From contig NC_068998.1 of NCBI RefSeq assembly GCF_001194135.2, forward strand, positions 11,045,944 through 11,095,506: a stretch of DNA of 49,563 nucleotides, read 5' to 3'. Shown here in pieces: positions 13,831 to 26,331 of the stretch. Origin of the DNA: Octopus bimaculoides (Eukaryota). Numbering within the stretch: the stretch's first letter is position 1; every line of letters begins with the position of its first letter. A program made the translations under genes and the position numbers. The notes beneath the pieces were generated by a model that ran no database searches, was not told the DNA's origin, and was given only the letters and a program-made list of their open reading frames with translations.

Positions 13831-14181
13831 TTCTCAATTCGCGCGTGTAAGCATGTGCAAGTGTTTGTGTGTGTGTCTGTTAAGGTGTGTATGAAATATG
13901 TATGTGTGTGTGTTAGTGTATGTATAAAATCTTGCTCATGTATTTGTGGATACATATTTCAATGTGTGTATGTGTGCGTGTGTGTATGTGTGTGTGTGTG
14001 TTTGTGATTCCATGTGTTGCCATTTTGTGACTGTGTTTGGTGTGTTTAATCCATGTGCGTGTCACCAATGTTTTGACTTGCTTTGGGTCCTCAACTCCAG
14101 ATAGGATCGTAAGGGGCACACTGCCACACAACCTACGGTTTGACTGGGGTCTTTCAAAGCTGTCCCTCTCCATAGGCAAAT

Positions 14182-14230
<49 letters not shown>

Positions 14231-14390
14231 GTATGGACGGACGGAGATGAAGGGGTATGTAAGTAGGTAGGAACGCAGGAATGTACGGGTGGATAATCTG
14301 GATAGATAAAGGAGATAGCTGGATGGACAGATTGATAGATAAATGGATGGATAGCTGGACAGAGATAGACGGGTAACTGGATAGACAGAC

Positions 14391-14437
<47 letters not shown>

Positions 14438-14479
14438 GTGAGTGAGTGAGTGTATGAGTGGGGAGAAAGAGAGAGAAGA

Positions 14480-14635
14480 AACGACCTCCAGTACTGGACA
14501 GGAACTTATCGACCTCGAAATGATGAAAGCCAAGTTGGCCTCAGAGGAATTAGAACAGAGAGCGCGGACAGCCGGAACTAAATACCGAAAGACATTCTAT
14601 CCGATATTTTAATGATGCTACCGACTTAGCTGCGT
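14480..14635 (-). mobile_element. Old SINE family B fragment
   Basis: TTATCGACCTCGAAATGATGAAAGCCAAGTTGGCCTCAGAGGAATT matches the family B central domain. Confidence 0.6.
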
Positions 14636-15204
14636 GCACGTGTATGTCAGTAAGTGAGTGTGTATGTGTGTCTTTAAGTGTGTGTGTGTGTGTATGTAAT
14701 AATTGTTTATGTATGTTTGAGCGTGTGATGTGTTCCCATGTGTGCTTGTATATGTGTATACGTGTGTCCATCGTGCTTGTGTATGTGTGAGTCTGCCCAT
14801 GTGTGCTTGTGCATCTGTGTATATGTATTGCGTATGTCGATGTATCTATGAGTATGTATGTATGTATGTATGTATGTATGTATGTATGTATGCGTAATGC
14901 GCGTGTGTGTGTGATGATTCGATCAGGATTGTAGGTGACACTTCAAGAAAATGTCATCTATTCACGCCGTGACATCATGGAACACACTTCAGTTATACTC
15001 GTTTGATAAATATATAACATTACCAGTGAGAAATGCATGCGTGCCACATCATCACATTTCCTCTACACCTTCAAGAAAGCCAAACTCTTTCTAGCTATTG
15101 ATATAAAATATTTAAAAACCTATCTTTCGTCTTGGACACAAACCCAAGAAAACAGGAAAAATACAGACGACCGAATATATCTCGGAAAAATATTTACTGG
15201 TACA

Positions 15205-15800
15205 TAGTGAATCGGCAAGGAAGCTTCTACGTGGTTACTCGACCTGCTAGAAATAACAGTTAAAATACTCTCAAACAACACTCGGACGTTGGATATTGGT
15301 GGTCTTGCTTTTCTTGGAGGCAGGGAAAAGGCGGAATTTTCACAGCTAGAAATGCCTTGGGGTTAAAACAACAATGACCAATAACAAAAACTACTACTAC
15401 TCCTTGTTAGTGGAGTTGATGAGGATGCGTCTTCGTAGACATTTTGGTCTGCTAGAAATAACAGCGTATTTTCTCCCAAATTAAATTCAAAGGAAGGATA
15501 CATTAAATAATGTAGTTCTAAGTAATTTGTACATGAAAACAAAGCACCATTCAACGATGGATCTTCTGTGTGATCGTTCGACTTGCGAGAATTTACAGCC
15601 AAATTCTCTTAAATTATTACACCTTAATGTCTTAAAGAAGAGGGTACATTAGATAATGTAGTCCAAGACACATTGTGTCTGAAAATACAAAAGGCAAGGC
15701 AGTAAAAAAGTGTCTATCGGGTCACTCACTCGACTTGTAAGAAATAACAGCAAAATTCCTCTAAAATCACACGCAACTATCTTCAAAGATGGAAAAATAG
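15205..15800. mobile_element. Family C copies in opposite orientation to those at 11735-13830
   Basis: CTCGAC(C/T)TG(C/T)(T/A)AGAAATAACAG near 15240, 15450, 15580 and 15730 is the reverse complement of the family C core; AATGTAGT(T/C)C(T/A)AG also present. Confidence 0.7.
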
Positions 15801-16244
15801 TCCTAGATGATATACCGCGCATGGACTTAAATAAAAATCAAATCAAATTAAAAGGATGGTATTGCTACGACTGGGATACCTTTGGTTATGGATTTGCTTG
15901 ATCAGTATTGACCTGGGACAAAAAACTAAAGCAACATTGACAACAACTGGACTAAAATACCTTATGGTATTTAGTTATGGACCTTTTCGTTTTGACTTGA
16001 AATGCCGTTGAGGTCAATAAACTTAGCCTTGAAATTTCTCGCTAAAATTTGAAGTACCAGTTATATAATGAGATTGGTTTATATTCTAGACGTGAATACA
16101 ATAACGGAATGAAATAACGGAATGAAGACAAAAAAAAAAAGCGGGTAGGATGCATTTCTATGGAGGGACTTCGAATCAAAACACGGTGGAATGAAGATAA
16201 ATATGTTATGTTATTTCAGTTGTTATTTCAGCCAGAGTTGCTCC

Positions 16245-16370
16245 AGAAAGAGCAGTACTGTAATCAAAGACATTTCAATCGTGACTATCCCGTCTATTTA
16301 TTTAACATGTAGGGTGTGATTTTAGGGAGATTCGATTGCTATTTCTAGCAAATTGGGCGACCACGTTGAA
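16245..16370. mobile_element. Family C repeat copy
   Basis: CAAAGACATTTCAATCGTGACTATCCCGTC...GGGTGTGATTTTAGGGAGATTCGATTGCTATTTCTAGCAAATTGGGCGACCACGT. Confidence 0.7.
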
Positions 16371-16599
16371 GGTTCTTTTTTCCCTCGTTAACTGGTTGTG
16401 GTGTTATGTAAATAGATTTACATCCCGGTGCTGCCTCGTTCCCTGCTTTTGCTGAGGAGAGCGTTATTTGTATTTGTAAATATTCTTTTCCAATGGAGTA
16501 ATTTGTAACATGTGGGGGTATTGACTGGACGGACATATCTAACTTTGTAAACTTAAGTCTTGGAGTTGAGTTGGGCTGGAGATTGAAGTTAAGAAACGA

Positions 16600-16928
16600 T
16601 GGGAGAGAAGGAGGGATAGAGAGAGAGGTAGGGTAATAGAAGGAGAGATTGAGAGATTGAGAGAGAGAGAGAGATAGGCAGGGAAATAGGAGAGAGATTG
16701 AGAGAAATAAAGAGACGGGAAAAGATAGAGAGACAGAGACGGAGAGACTGAGGGACACGGAGACGGGGAGACAGAGAGAGAGAGGAGAGACAGAGAGAGG
16801 AGAGACAGAGAGAGGAGAGACAGATAGAGAGGTTATTACGCGCGTGTACGAAAGAGAAAAAGACAGAGTTCGAGACAGAAAGACTGAGAGATGTGTGTGG
16901 GAGACGTTGTCATGTGTGTAACTGTGTA

Positions 16929-16963
<35 letters not shown>

Positions 16964-17517
16964 GAGAGAGGGGGAGAAAAAGAGAAGATGCTCGGTGTAT
17001 AATGATTATGTGAGAAGGAATTTGTCAAGTGTGTGTAAGAGAGCAGGAGAGAGAGAGAGAGAGAGAGGTGTGAATACGTATGTGAAAAAGAGAGAGAAAT
17101 TGACCGATATAAGTGAGAGAGAGACAGAGATCAGCTATGAGTATGTGAATGTATGAATGAAAGAGACAGAGCGAGAGATGATAGGTGAGTGTGAGAGAGA
17201 AAGAGAGAAGTTATCAGGTATGAGAAAGAGGGGGGAGGGAGAGAGACTAAGAGATAAATGAAGGAGAGACTAACAGATATGTGTCTGAGAAAGAGAGAGA
17301 CATGTCGTGAGCATGCGTCTATGTATGTGTGTGAGTGTGTGTGTGTGTGTTTGTATGTGTGCATGTGTGTGTATGTGTGTAAGAGAGAGAGAGAGAGACT
17401 GACCGAGAAATAGGTGAGAGAAAGAGGTAGAAATGGAGCGAGAGAGAATGTCGGTAGTGAGACTTAGCGGGAAATAAAGAGAGAATGTCTTGTAAATGTG
17501 TGTATAAGATAGATTGG

Positions 17518-17581
<64 letters not shown>

Positions 17582-17628
17582 CAGGTAGATAGATAGATAG
17601 ATAGATAGACAGATAGATAGGTAGATAG

Positions 17629-17665
<37 letters not shown>

Positions 17666-18000
17666 GGACAGAGATAGACAGAAACAGAGAGAGGGAGAAA
17701 GATAGTCAGGTGTGATGGAATTAGTTTGTAGGGAGACTGGTCACTTCAGACAAGGGGCGGGGAGACAAACAGGGGAAAAACGCGGTAAAAGAGAGAGAGA
17801 GACAGAGAGAGCGAGAGGGTGGGGGAGAGAAGACATGTATAGTTTGAGAATTAGGGAGTCTATAATGAGAAAGATGGGTTATATATATAAGTTAGGGTAC
17901 ACATTGAGAATGAAAAGGGGTTGTTAAAGTGTGGGAGAATGTGTGGTTATTTTGAAACGGAGAGAGAAGCGAGAGTGATAGAATGATGATGTAATGACGA

Positions 18001-18031
<31 letters not shown>

Positions 18032-18500
18032 AAGTAACTGAAATGAGTAAAGCAATAGATAGACAGATAGATATATATATAGAAAGAGAGAAGTAAAGCT
18101 ATAAAAGAAAGAGAGAAAGTGGAGAAAGTCAGGTTAAGTACAGAGCAGAAGGGTAAAGAGTGAGAGAAAGTGGTGAAAAACAGTAAGTAAACAGAGAGAG
18201 AGAGACAAACAGACAGATAGAGAGAGAGGCGAAAGTCAGGGTAAGAAGAGCGACTGAAAGAGAAATAGTCAAAGACAGTAAGGTGAGTGACGAAAGTTAC
18301 GGTAAGTAGAGAGAGCGAGAGAGTGGCGAAAGACAGTGAGTAAAGAGAAAGTGATGAAAGGCAGAAAGTAAAGAGAGGGAGAGAGTGGCGAAAGTTATGG
18401 TAAGTAGAGCGACAGAAAGAGAGAACAGGACGGGAGAGAAAGAATGAGAGAGGGAAGGAGAAAGAGGGAGAGAGAGACAGACAGACAGAGAGAGAGAGGG
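16600..18500 (+). repeat. Purine-rich GA/GATA/GAGACA tract with a degenerate ~30-nt GAAAGT-containing minisatellite at ~18030-18420
   Basis: Strong + strand purine bias; recurring GAGAGTGGCGAAAGT...GGTAAGTAGA units. Confidence 0.9.
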
Positions 18501-18606
18501 TGACTATGAGGTCCAAGCGGGCGCCGTCTTCATGCTGTCCATAACAAAACTAAGAGACATGAAGTTTTGAGAAAAGCGGCAATAACAAACAAATGTCTGA
18601 ACTTAC

Positions 18607-18792
18607 CAACAAAGAAAGTGCTGGCAAAACAAAGATAAGACATCAACAGCAATGTCCCCTTGAAATAAAATCCAAAACAAACTGCTCTCGCCGCCGTTCG
18701 ACCACTTAGTTTGTAGATATGTTGAAGACAAAGAAATTCTCACCATTGTTCTAAAAGATGATTTCAAAATATATAAGCACACAGCATTGGAG
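18607..18792. other. Unique island with exon-like splice signals on both strands
   Basis: Minus: CATCTTTTAG| acceptor (18751-18752) and TTG|GTAAGT donor (18601-18606), giving 144 nt (18607-18750). Plus: TTTGTAG| acceptor (18716) and GAG|GTAACA donor (18793), giving 76 nt reading YVEDKEILTIVLKDDFKIYKHTALE. Strand unresolved. Confidence 0.25.
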
Positions 18793-18793
18793 G

Positions 18794-20180
18794 TAACAAC
18801 AGCAGCAGCAGCAGCAGCAGCAGCTGTAGTAAATGGGAGGGAGGGAGGGAGGAAGAGGGGGAGGAGAGGAGAGAAGAGAATCTCTTAGTGATATAGTGGT
18901 AGTGGTGGCGCGGAGGTGTTGTTGTTGTTGTTGGTGGTGGTGGTGGAGGTATAAAGGTGGAAGGAGGAAGATGATTGCTGAGAGTGACGGTGGGAGGATA
19001 ACGAAGGTGGAAAGGCGACGGCGGCGATGATGGTGATGGTGATGGTGGTGGTAGCGGCGGCGGCGAGGTGGTGACAGTTGATAGTGTTGTTATTGTTGTT
19101 ATTGTTGTTGTTGCTATTTGGAAGGTGGTTAATAATGGTAGGAGGATGGTGACGACGATGATGACGATGATGATGATGATGGTAAAAAATAGTAATAGTG
19201 ATGGTGGTGGTGGTGGTTGGTGAACGTATTGATGATGATGATGATGATTAATAGTAAATGAATGGTGGTCGTAACGATAATGATGATAGTGGTGGCGGTG
19301 GTGGTGGTGGTGGTGGTGGTGGTGGCTGCAGTGCTGGGATGCTGTTGNNNNNNNNNNNNNNNNNNNNNNNNNNNNNNNNNNNNNNNNNNNNNNNNNNNNN
19401 NNNNNNNNNNNNNNNNNNNNNNNNNNNNNNNNNNNNNNNNNNNNNNNNNNNNNNNNNNNNNNNNNNNNNNNNNNNNNNNNNNNNNNNNNNNNNNNNNNNN
19501 NNNNNNNNNNNNNNNNNNNNNNNNNNNNNNNNNNNNNNNNNNNNNNNNNNNNNNNNNNNNNNNNNNNNNNNNNNNNNNNNNNNNNNNNNNNNNNNNNNNN
19601 NNNNNNNNNNNNNNNNNNNNNNNNNNNNNNNNNNNNNNNNNNNNNNNNNNNNNNNNNNNNNNNNNNNNNNNNNNNNNNNNNNNNNNNNNNNNNNNNNNNN
19701 NNNNNNNNNNNNNNNNNNNNNNNNNNNNNNNNNNNNNNNNNNNNNNNNNNNNNNNNNNNNNNNNNNNNNNNNNNNNNNNNNNNNNNNNNNNNNNNNNNNN
19801 NNNNNNNNNNNNNNNNNNNNNNNNNNNNNNNNNNNNNNNNNNNNNNNNNNNNNNNNNNNNNNNNNNNNNNNNNNNNNNNNNNNNNNNNNNNNNNNNNNNN
19901 NNNNNNNNNNNNNNNNNNNNNNNNNNNNNNNNNNNNNNNNNNNNNNNNNNNNNNNNNNNNNCAGGCAGTAGCAGTGGAGATATAGTGGTGATGGTAGTGG
20001 TGGTGGTGGTAGCGGTTGTTTTTGTGGTGGTGGCGGCGGCGGCGGCGACCGTGGCGGTGGTAGTGGTGGTGGTGGTGGTGGTGATAATGACAGGGATAGC
20101 TATAGCAGTGGAGGTAGCAGTAGGCAAACAGCAGCATTGGTAGTAGCAGTAGTAGTAGTAGAAGTAGTAGTAGTAAGAAA
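18794..20180 (+). repeat. Mosaic trinucleotide tract (GCA/GGT/GAT/GTT/GTA)
   Basis: Interleaved triplet runs spanning the gap at 19348-19961. Confidence 0.95.
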
Positions 20181-20478
20181 GAGGCGGAGAAGGTACATAA
20201 CGACAATAGGGAAAAGAAAAAAGAAAAAAGAAACAAAACAAAACAGAGTGGTGGTAGGAGGAGAAGGGGAGAGAAAGGAAGAGGAGAGTAAGTAGACTGT
20301 TGTGTTGTGCAGTTGATATGCCTCGACGGGAAGTCCAACTGCAGTAGACGTCACTATGAAACCACCGTTTGTAATTGCTATTGCTATGCAGTGGTATTGC
20401 ACTAGCAGTTTTTCATCAAAACATCAACATTCAACTTCCAACGGAAGCTAGAAGTTCATGTGTATGTGTGTGTGTGTG

Positions 20479-20511
<33 letters not shown>

Positions 20512-22363
20512 CTGTGTCTGTGTGCGTGTGTGTGTGTGTGTGTGTGTCTGTGTGTGTGTGAATATGCGTGTATGTGTGTTTGTGTGTGTGTGTGTGTGTT
20601 TACGCGCGAACACAACACGCATAAACGAACGTGTTTATACATACATACATACATACATACATACACACGGACACACGTCACTTTCTCCACATATATATAT
20701 ATATATATATATGCATATAGATATAATACACATACACACACACATACGTACACACACACACACACTCACACATATATATATGTATATATGCATATTTATA
20801 TGTAGATGCATGCTTACATATATTTGTGTATATTTACGATATTTTCAATACAAGATTGTTTACACTCACATACTGACGCACATGTGTCTGTTTGTGAGCG
20901 TTTACATACCTTTCTAAGGCGGTTATAAATACATACATACATACATGCATACATACATACATGCATGCACAATCACACACGCGCGCACACACACGCACAC
21001 GCGCGCGCGCACATACACAGACAGATAGAAAGACAGAGAGGCATGCATACATACGTCTTTACTTTGAACTCCCAGCTTCCGATGGAGTCGATGGGGCGCC
21101 TGTAGTAAGATACACGTGTGCGCGTGTATGTATGTGGATATATGTGCGAAGAGTGACACGAGCCATCGCGCAACAAAATTTGAGAAGCAAGATCGATCCT
21201 CGGTTCAGGCGTCTCGCTTCACATACTTTCCGTTCTCGTGAATTCGGTTCAAAGCTGTATCCTATAGACCGAACTTGTGTGTGCGTGTGTGTGTGTATCC
21301 TCAGCCAGAGGCTGGGGCCATGCTGGAGCACCGCAATAATTAACGTTCCCACGCCGGGAATCGAAACCACGCCGCTTGGCTGACAGTCAGGAATCGTGTA
21401 TGTGTGTAGACTCACTCCATGTGGAGTTTGCTATCATATGCAATATATATGAGAGTAAACTCGTATATGTGTATGTAAATAAGTGTGTAGTCTTGTTTGT
21501 ACATGTGTGTGTGTGTATTTGTTACCAACATACATATATACATACAAGTACCTATGCATATATACATGTATACATGCATACATACACACATGCATACATT
21601 TACAAACACATATACTTATATATCAATATACTTCGAATAAATTTTTTTTCAAATGCATTTAGTCTACAGAAAATCATATTAATTTATATCGCTTTAAATC
21701 CAGTTCATGGGGCGGATTAGTAGACTTCTACCATACATTCCTGGTGCATTACATGCATATATATGTGTCTGTATGTATGCATATATATGTGTGTGTATTT
21801 ATGTATGTATGCACACATATATATATGTGTGTGTGTATATATATACATATGTATATGTGTGTCTGTGTGCGTGTATGTGTACACGTACATATGTTTTAGT
21901 GAACGGACGCCATTTTTTTTTAGTTTTTCATTATCGTCTGCATTAGCCTATGATTTAACACAATTAAATATATGTTAATGTACATAAACCTAGTTGATAT
22001 CGTTGAGTAATTCAAAGTATGTGCAAGTCATAGTCGTGACGTCTGAATCCGGCTAAGCTTGAGTCATTGAAGAATATCAAAGGGAATTGAAAAACCCTCA
22101 TCGGGGATCAGTCAAACAATTGTCTTGCTGATACATAGCAATAAACAAATAGATTGGACTTGGTGCAATATTATTCAATTATGTGTATACAGTCGTTGTC
22201 TTGTGGAATAATGAATGAATAAAACAACGTGACAGTCAGTCATTCGTTGTCGAGACATATGAATCTGTTTTAGGTCGGGTAAGGGATGAATATCAAAAAG
22301 AGACTTGGGAAATCTCATAAGGCTTAAGTCATACGATCAAACGGTCGTCATCATACAGATATG

Positions 22364-22426
<63 letters not shown>

Positions 22427-22449
22427 AGGACTAGCACACTAGCTACTCC

Positions 22450-22625
22450 TTTGGTTACGACGACGAGGTTTCCAGTTGGTCTGGTTAACGGAACAGCCTG
22501 CTCGTGAAATTAACGTGCAAGTGGCTGAGCACTCCAGAGAGACAATCATACCCGTAACGTAGTTTTCAGGGTGTTTTCAGCGTGACACAAAATGTGACAA
22601 GGCTGGACCTTTGAAATACAAGTAT
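22450..22625 (-). mobile_element. SINE family D, 3' half (older copy)
   Basis: Reverse complement aligns with 25680-25850: TGTCACGCTGAA...ACTACGTTA...GAGTGCTCAGCCACTTGCACGTTAATTTCACGAGCAGGCTGTTCCGTT. Confidence 0.85.
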
Positions 22626-22705
22626 TTGTGAAGACTAATAGTGTGGAAGATATGGGAATGGACAAAATGAGGCTAAACCTGTCGCTAAGGGACTTTCCTC
22701 TAAAC

Positions 22706-22890
22706 AAGTGGTCCGCAACATCTTTTCACTTGCGGTACACTTGTATTCTTTTCAACTTTCGGCAGCACACTTGAACTAAAATTAAAACTTAAAGCAAGGG
22801 GGAAAAGTTATATTCAGGCTACACTGTGACACACCTAGCTTTGTCTCATGACACACCAGTGTGCCGCAGAATACCAGTTGCGGAGTACTG
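22706..22890. mobile_element. hAT-type MITE (degenerate)
   Basis: TIRs AAGTGGTCCGCAAC and GTTGCGGAGTACTG. Flanks CTCTAAAC and CTCAAAC(C) resemble a decayed 8-bp TSD. Confidence 0.6.
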
Positions 22891-22930
22891 CTCAAACCAA
22901 TAAAACCGTATATATATATATATATATATA

Positions 22931-23336
22931 TACTCTTTACTCTTTTACTCTTTTACTTGTTTCAGTCATTTGACTGTGGCTATGCTGGAGCACCGCTTTA
23001 GAAGAAAAAATCGACCCCAGGACTTATTCTTTGTAAGCCTAGTACTTATTCTATCGGTCTCTTTTACCGAACCGCTAAGTTACGGGGACGTAAACACACC
23101 AGCATCGGTTGTCAAACGATGTTGGGGGGTGGGGGACAAACACAGACACACAAACACACACATATATATACATATATACATATATACGACGGGCTTCTTT
23201 CAGTCTATCAAACTCACTTACAAGGCTTTGGTCGGCCCGAGGCTATAGTAGAAGACACTTGCCCAAGGTGCCACACACTGGGACTGAACCCGGAACCATG
23301 TGGTTGGTAAGCAAGCTACTTTCCACACAGCCACTC
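22931..23336 (-). mobile_element. SINE family A, full length
   Basis: Reverse complement: GAGTGGCTGTGTGG (A box region), GGTTCCGGGTTCAGTCCC (B box-like), CORE-like CCTTGGGCAAGTGTCTTCTACTATAGCCTCGGGCCGACC, internal TA/TG microsatellite and (AAAAGAGT)n tail. Confidence 0.9.
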
Positions 23337-23580
23337 ATATGCAAGATATGCAAAATATTTGTCCACAGTTGTTGCTCAAGGAAGTAATTCAATTGATATT
23401 TACTAAAAATATTCTAAACTCCTATGGTCCTCTTCTGGTTCAAAGGTTCATAACAGGCGTACAGATCGATATTCAAGTCATATTTATTCATGACTGGTTT
23501 TGTTAAAAGAAAAAAAGAAAGAAGAATGGCCACTGAGAGAAATAGAATCGACTTTTCAATAACTAACCTGCATAAATAAG

Positions 23581-23682
23581 CCAGTCACTCTTCTAGACCA
23601 GATGTCCTAGACGCAGGTGGTGAAGAAACTGGGACATTTTCAATCCAAAATATTGAAACTGGCTTCGAAGAAATAAGAAATT
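23581..23682 (+). other. Candidate 102-nt symmetric (phase 1-1) exon
   Basis: Branch-point-like ACTAAC at 23562-23567, AAG| acceptor at 23580 and ATT|GTAAGC donor at 23683. Open frame SHSSRPDVLDAGGEETGTFSIQNIETGFEEIRN. The same ACTAAC also reads as a minus-strand GTTAGT donor. Confidence 0.22.
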
Positions 23683-23815
23683 GTAAGCAACTTATCAGTT
23701 TAGTGTTGAGGTCCTCAAGCAGGCCAATACTTTCCCTTCTCCCTCCCTCTTCTTTCCTCCCCCCCTTTCTCTTTTTCTTTCTCTCTTTCTTTCTCTCTCA
23801 GTTTCAATATTTTGC

Positions 23816-23929
23816 GAAATGTTCCAGACTGCTAATGGATTAACTTGTGTGGCCGAGCATCTGTTTTCCGCTGGCACAAAAGTTTCAAGGACAGGGGAGA
23901 GGAGGTGAGAGACGACGAGAGGCGTGAAG

Positions 23930-23930
<1 letters not shown>
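23816..23930 (+). pseudogene. Mariner transposase N-terminal HTH fragment
   Basis: EMFQTA.. (frameshift) ..CGRASVFRWHKSFKDRGEEVRDDER matches the mariner pattern MLQ.AFG...MSR..VF.W.K.FK.G...V.D..RSGRP. Confidence 0.75.
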
Positions 23931-23980
<50 letters not shown>

Positions 23981-24803
23981 NNNNNNNNNNNNNNNNNNNN
24001 NNNNNNNNNNNNNNNNNNNNNNNNNNNNNNNNNNNNNNNNNNNNNNNNNNNNNNNNNNNNNNNNNNNNNNNNNNNNNNNNNNNNNNNNNNNNNNNNNNNN
24101 NNNNNNNNNNNNNNNNNNNNNNNNNNNNNNNNNNNNNNNNNNNNNNNNNNNNNNNNNNNNNNNNNNNNNNNNNNNNNNNNNNNNNNNNNNNNNNNNNNNN
24201 NNNNNNNNNNNNNNNNNNNNNNNNNNNNNNNNNNNNNNNNNNNNNNNNNNNNNNNNNNNNNNNNNNNNNNNNNNNNNNNNNNNNNNNNNNNNNNNNNNNN
24301 NNNNNNNNNNNNNNNNNNNNNNNNNNNNNNNNNNNNNNNNNNNNNNNNNNNNNNNNNNNNNNNNNNNNNNNNNNNNNNNNNNNNNNNNNNNNNNNNNNNN
24401 NNNNNNNNNNNNNNNNNNNNNNNNNNNNNNNNNNNNNNNNNNNNNNNNNNNNNNNNNNNNNNNNNNNNNNNNNNNNNNNNNNNNNNNNNNNNNNNNNNNN
24501 NNNNNNNNNNNNNNNNNNNNNNNNNNNNNNNNNNNNNNNNNNNNNNNNNNNNNNNNNNNNNNNNNNNNNNNNNNNNNNNNNNNNNNNNNNNNNNNNNNNN
24601 NNNNNNNNNNNNNNNNNNNNNNNNNNNNNNNNNNNNNNNNNNNNNNNNNNNNNNNNNNNNNNNNNNNNNNNNNNNNNNNNNNNNNNNNNNNNNNNNNNNN
24701 NNNNNNNNNNNNNNNNNNNNNNNNNNNNNNNNNNNNNNNNNNNNNNNNNNNNNNNNNNNNNNNNNNNNNNNNNNNNNTGTTGTTGTTGTTGCTGTTGTTA
24801 TTA

Positions 24804-24952
24804 TTACGTTCTGAGTTCAAATTCCGCCGAGGTTGACTTTGCCTTTCATCCTTTCAGGGTCGATAAATTAAGTACTAGTCGCGTACTGGAGTCGATCTAA
24901 TCGACTGGCCCCCTCCCCCAAAATTTAGGGTCTTGTGCCTAGAGTAGAAAAG

Positions 24953-25009
<57 letters not shown>

Positions 25010-25222
25010 ATATAAGGCGGCGAGCTGGCAGAATCGTTAGTACGCCGGGCGAATATGCTTAGCGGCATTTCGTCCATCATTACGTTCTGAGTTCAAATTC
25101 CGCCGAGGCTGACATTGCCTTTCATCCTTTCGCGGGATCGATAAAAATAAGTACTGGGGTCGATGTAATCAACTTAGTCCCTCCCCCGTAATAGCTGGTG
25201 TTGTGCCAAAATTTGAAACCGT
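24804..25222 (+). mobile_element. Two head-to-tail SINE family B copies separated by (ATT)n
   Basis: 5'-truncated copy 24804-24952 (tail type Y), (ATT)n to ~25008, then a full copy 25016-25222 beginning GGCGGCGAGCTGGCAGAATCGTTAG (tail type X). Confidence 0.9.
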
Positions 25223-25479
25223 TATAAGTTACGAAAAACTTGATGATGGTATAATAGTCACGATACGATAATATCTGCATTGACAATAGACATTAGACTG
25301 TCTCTGTTAACACTGAGAAGGTTCTTAGAACAGAGCAATCGTTCAAATCTTGACAAGCTTTATGCAAGTGATGACCTGCGCAAATCAGGATTCGCTAGAA
25401 ATGATAGACAAAGATCAGAGAAATGAATCAAATGGATACCAGGGTGATATTTAAAATGTCACAGTTGTATAAACTACCG

Positions 25480-25864
25480 GTGGAGGCGCAATGGCCCAGT
25501 GGTTAGGGCAGCGAACTCGCGGTCATAGGATCGCGGTTTCGATTCCCAGACCGGGCGTTGTGAGTGTTTATTGAGCGAAAACACCTAAAGCTCCACGAGG
25601 CTCCGGCAGGGGATGGTGGCGAACCCTGCTGTACTCTTTCACCACAGCTATCTCTCACTCTTACTTCCTGTTTCTGTTGTGCCTGTAATTCAAAGGGCCA
25701 GCCTTGTCACACTGTGTCACGCTGAATATCCCCGAGAACTACGTTAAGGGTACACGTGTCTGTGGAGTGCTCAGCCACTTGCACGTTAATTTCACAAGCA
25801 GGCTGTTCCGTTGATCGGATCAACTGGAACCCTCGACGTCGTAAGCGACGGAGTGCCAACAACA
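25480..25864 (+). mobile_element. SINE family D, full-length young copy with 11-bp TSD
   Basis: A box TGGCCCAGTGG (25492), B box GGTTTCGATTCC (25535), (CAA)n tail; ATAAACTACCG duplicated at 25469-25479 and 25865-25875. Confidence 0.95.
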
Positions 25865-26296
25865 ATAAACTACCGATTTACCACTCTGGTTTATTATTTC
25901 TTATTGGGTCTTACTCAGAAAATAGATTAAAAATTAAAACATTGATAGTTGAATAAACGAAAGCAACATTCTGCTACCAAGTAAACGTAGGAATTAATTA
26001 ATTAATCTATTAGCTTGTTTGTCGGAGGAAAATATTTCAAATGGATTAAAATATATTATGCGATGTCGATGTGTGATAATTTTTCAATACACAGAACCAA
26101 TGTTTATTCGTGTAGCTTTCAAATTGATATTTCTTCACGTTTTATTGTATTTATTTTCACCCTGACGCTTCAAAATGTAAAGACACACACATACACGCGC
26201 ACACACACGCGCACATTGTTATGGTTACCTTATCTTTTTTTAAAGGTTACACAATTCATCATGTCAGTAACAATCCCGTCTTCATTATCACAATGT

Positions 26297-26331
<35 letters not shown>

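Noticed and set aside
25480-25560. tRNA-like sequence
   Set aside because: It has A and B boxes but continues into a SINE body with a TSD and multiple copies; it is a SINE head, not a tRNA gene.
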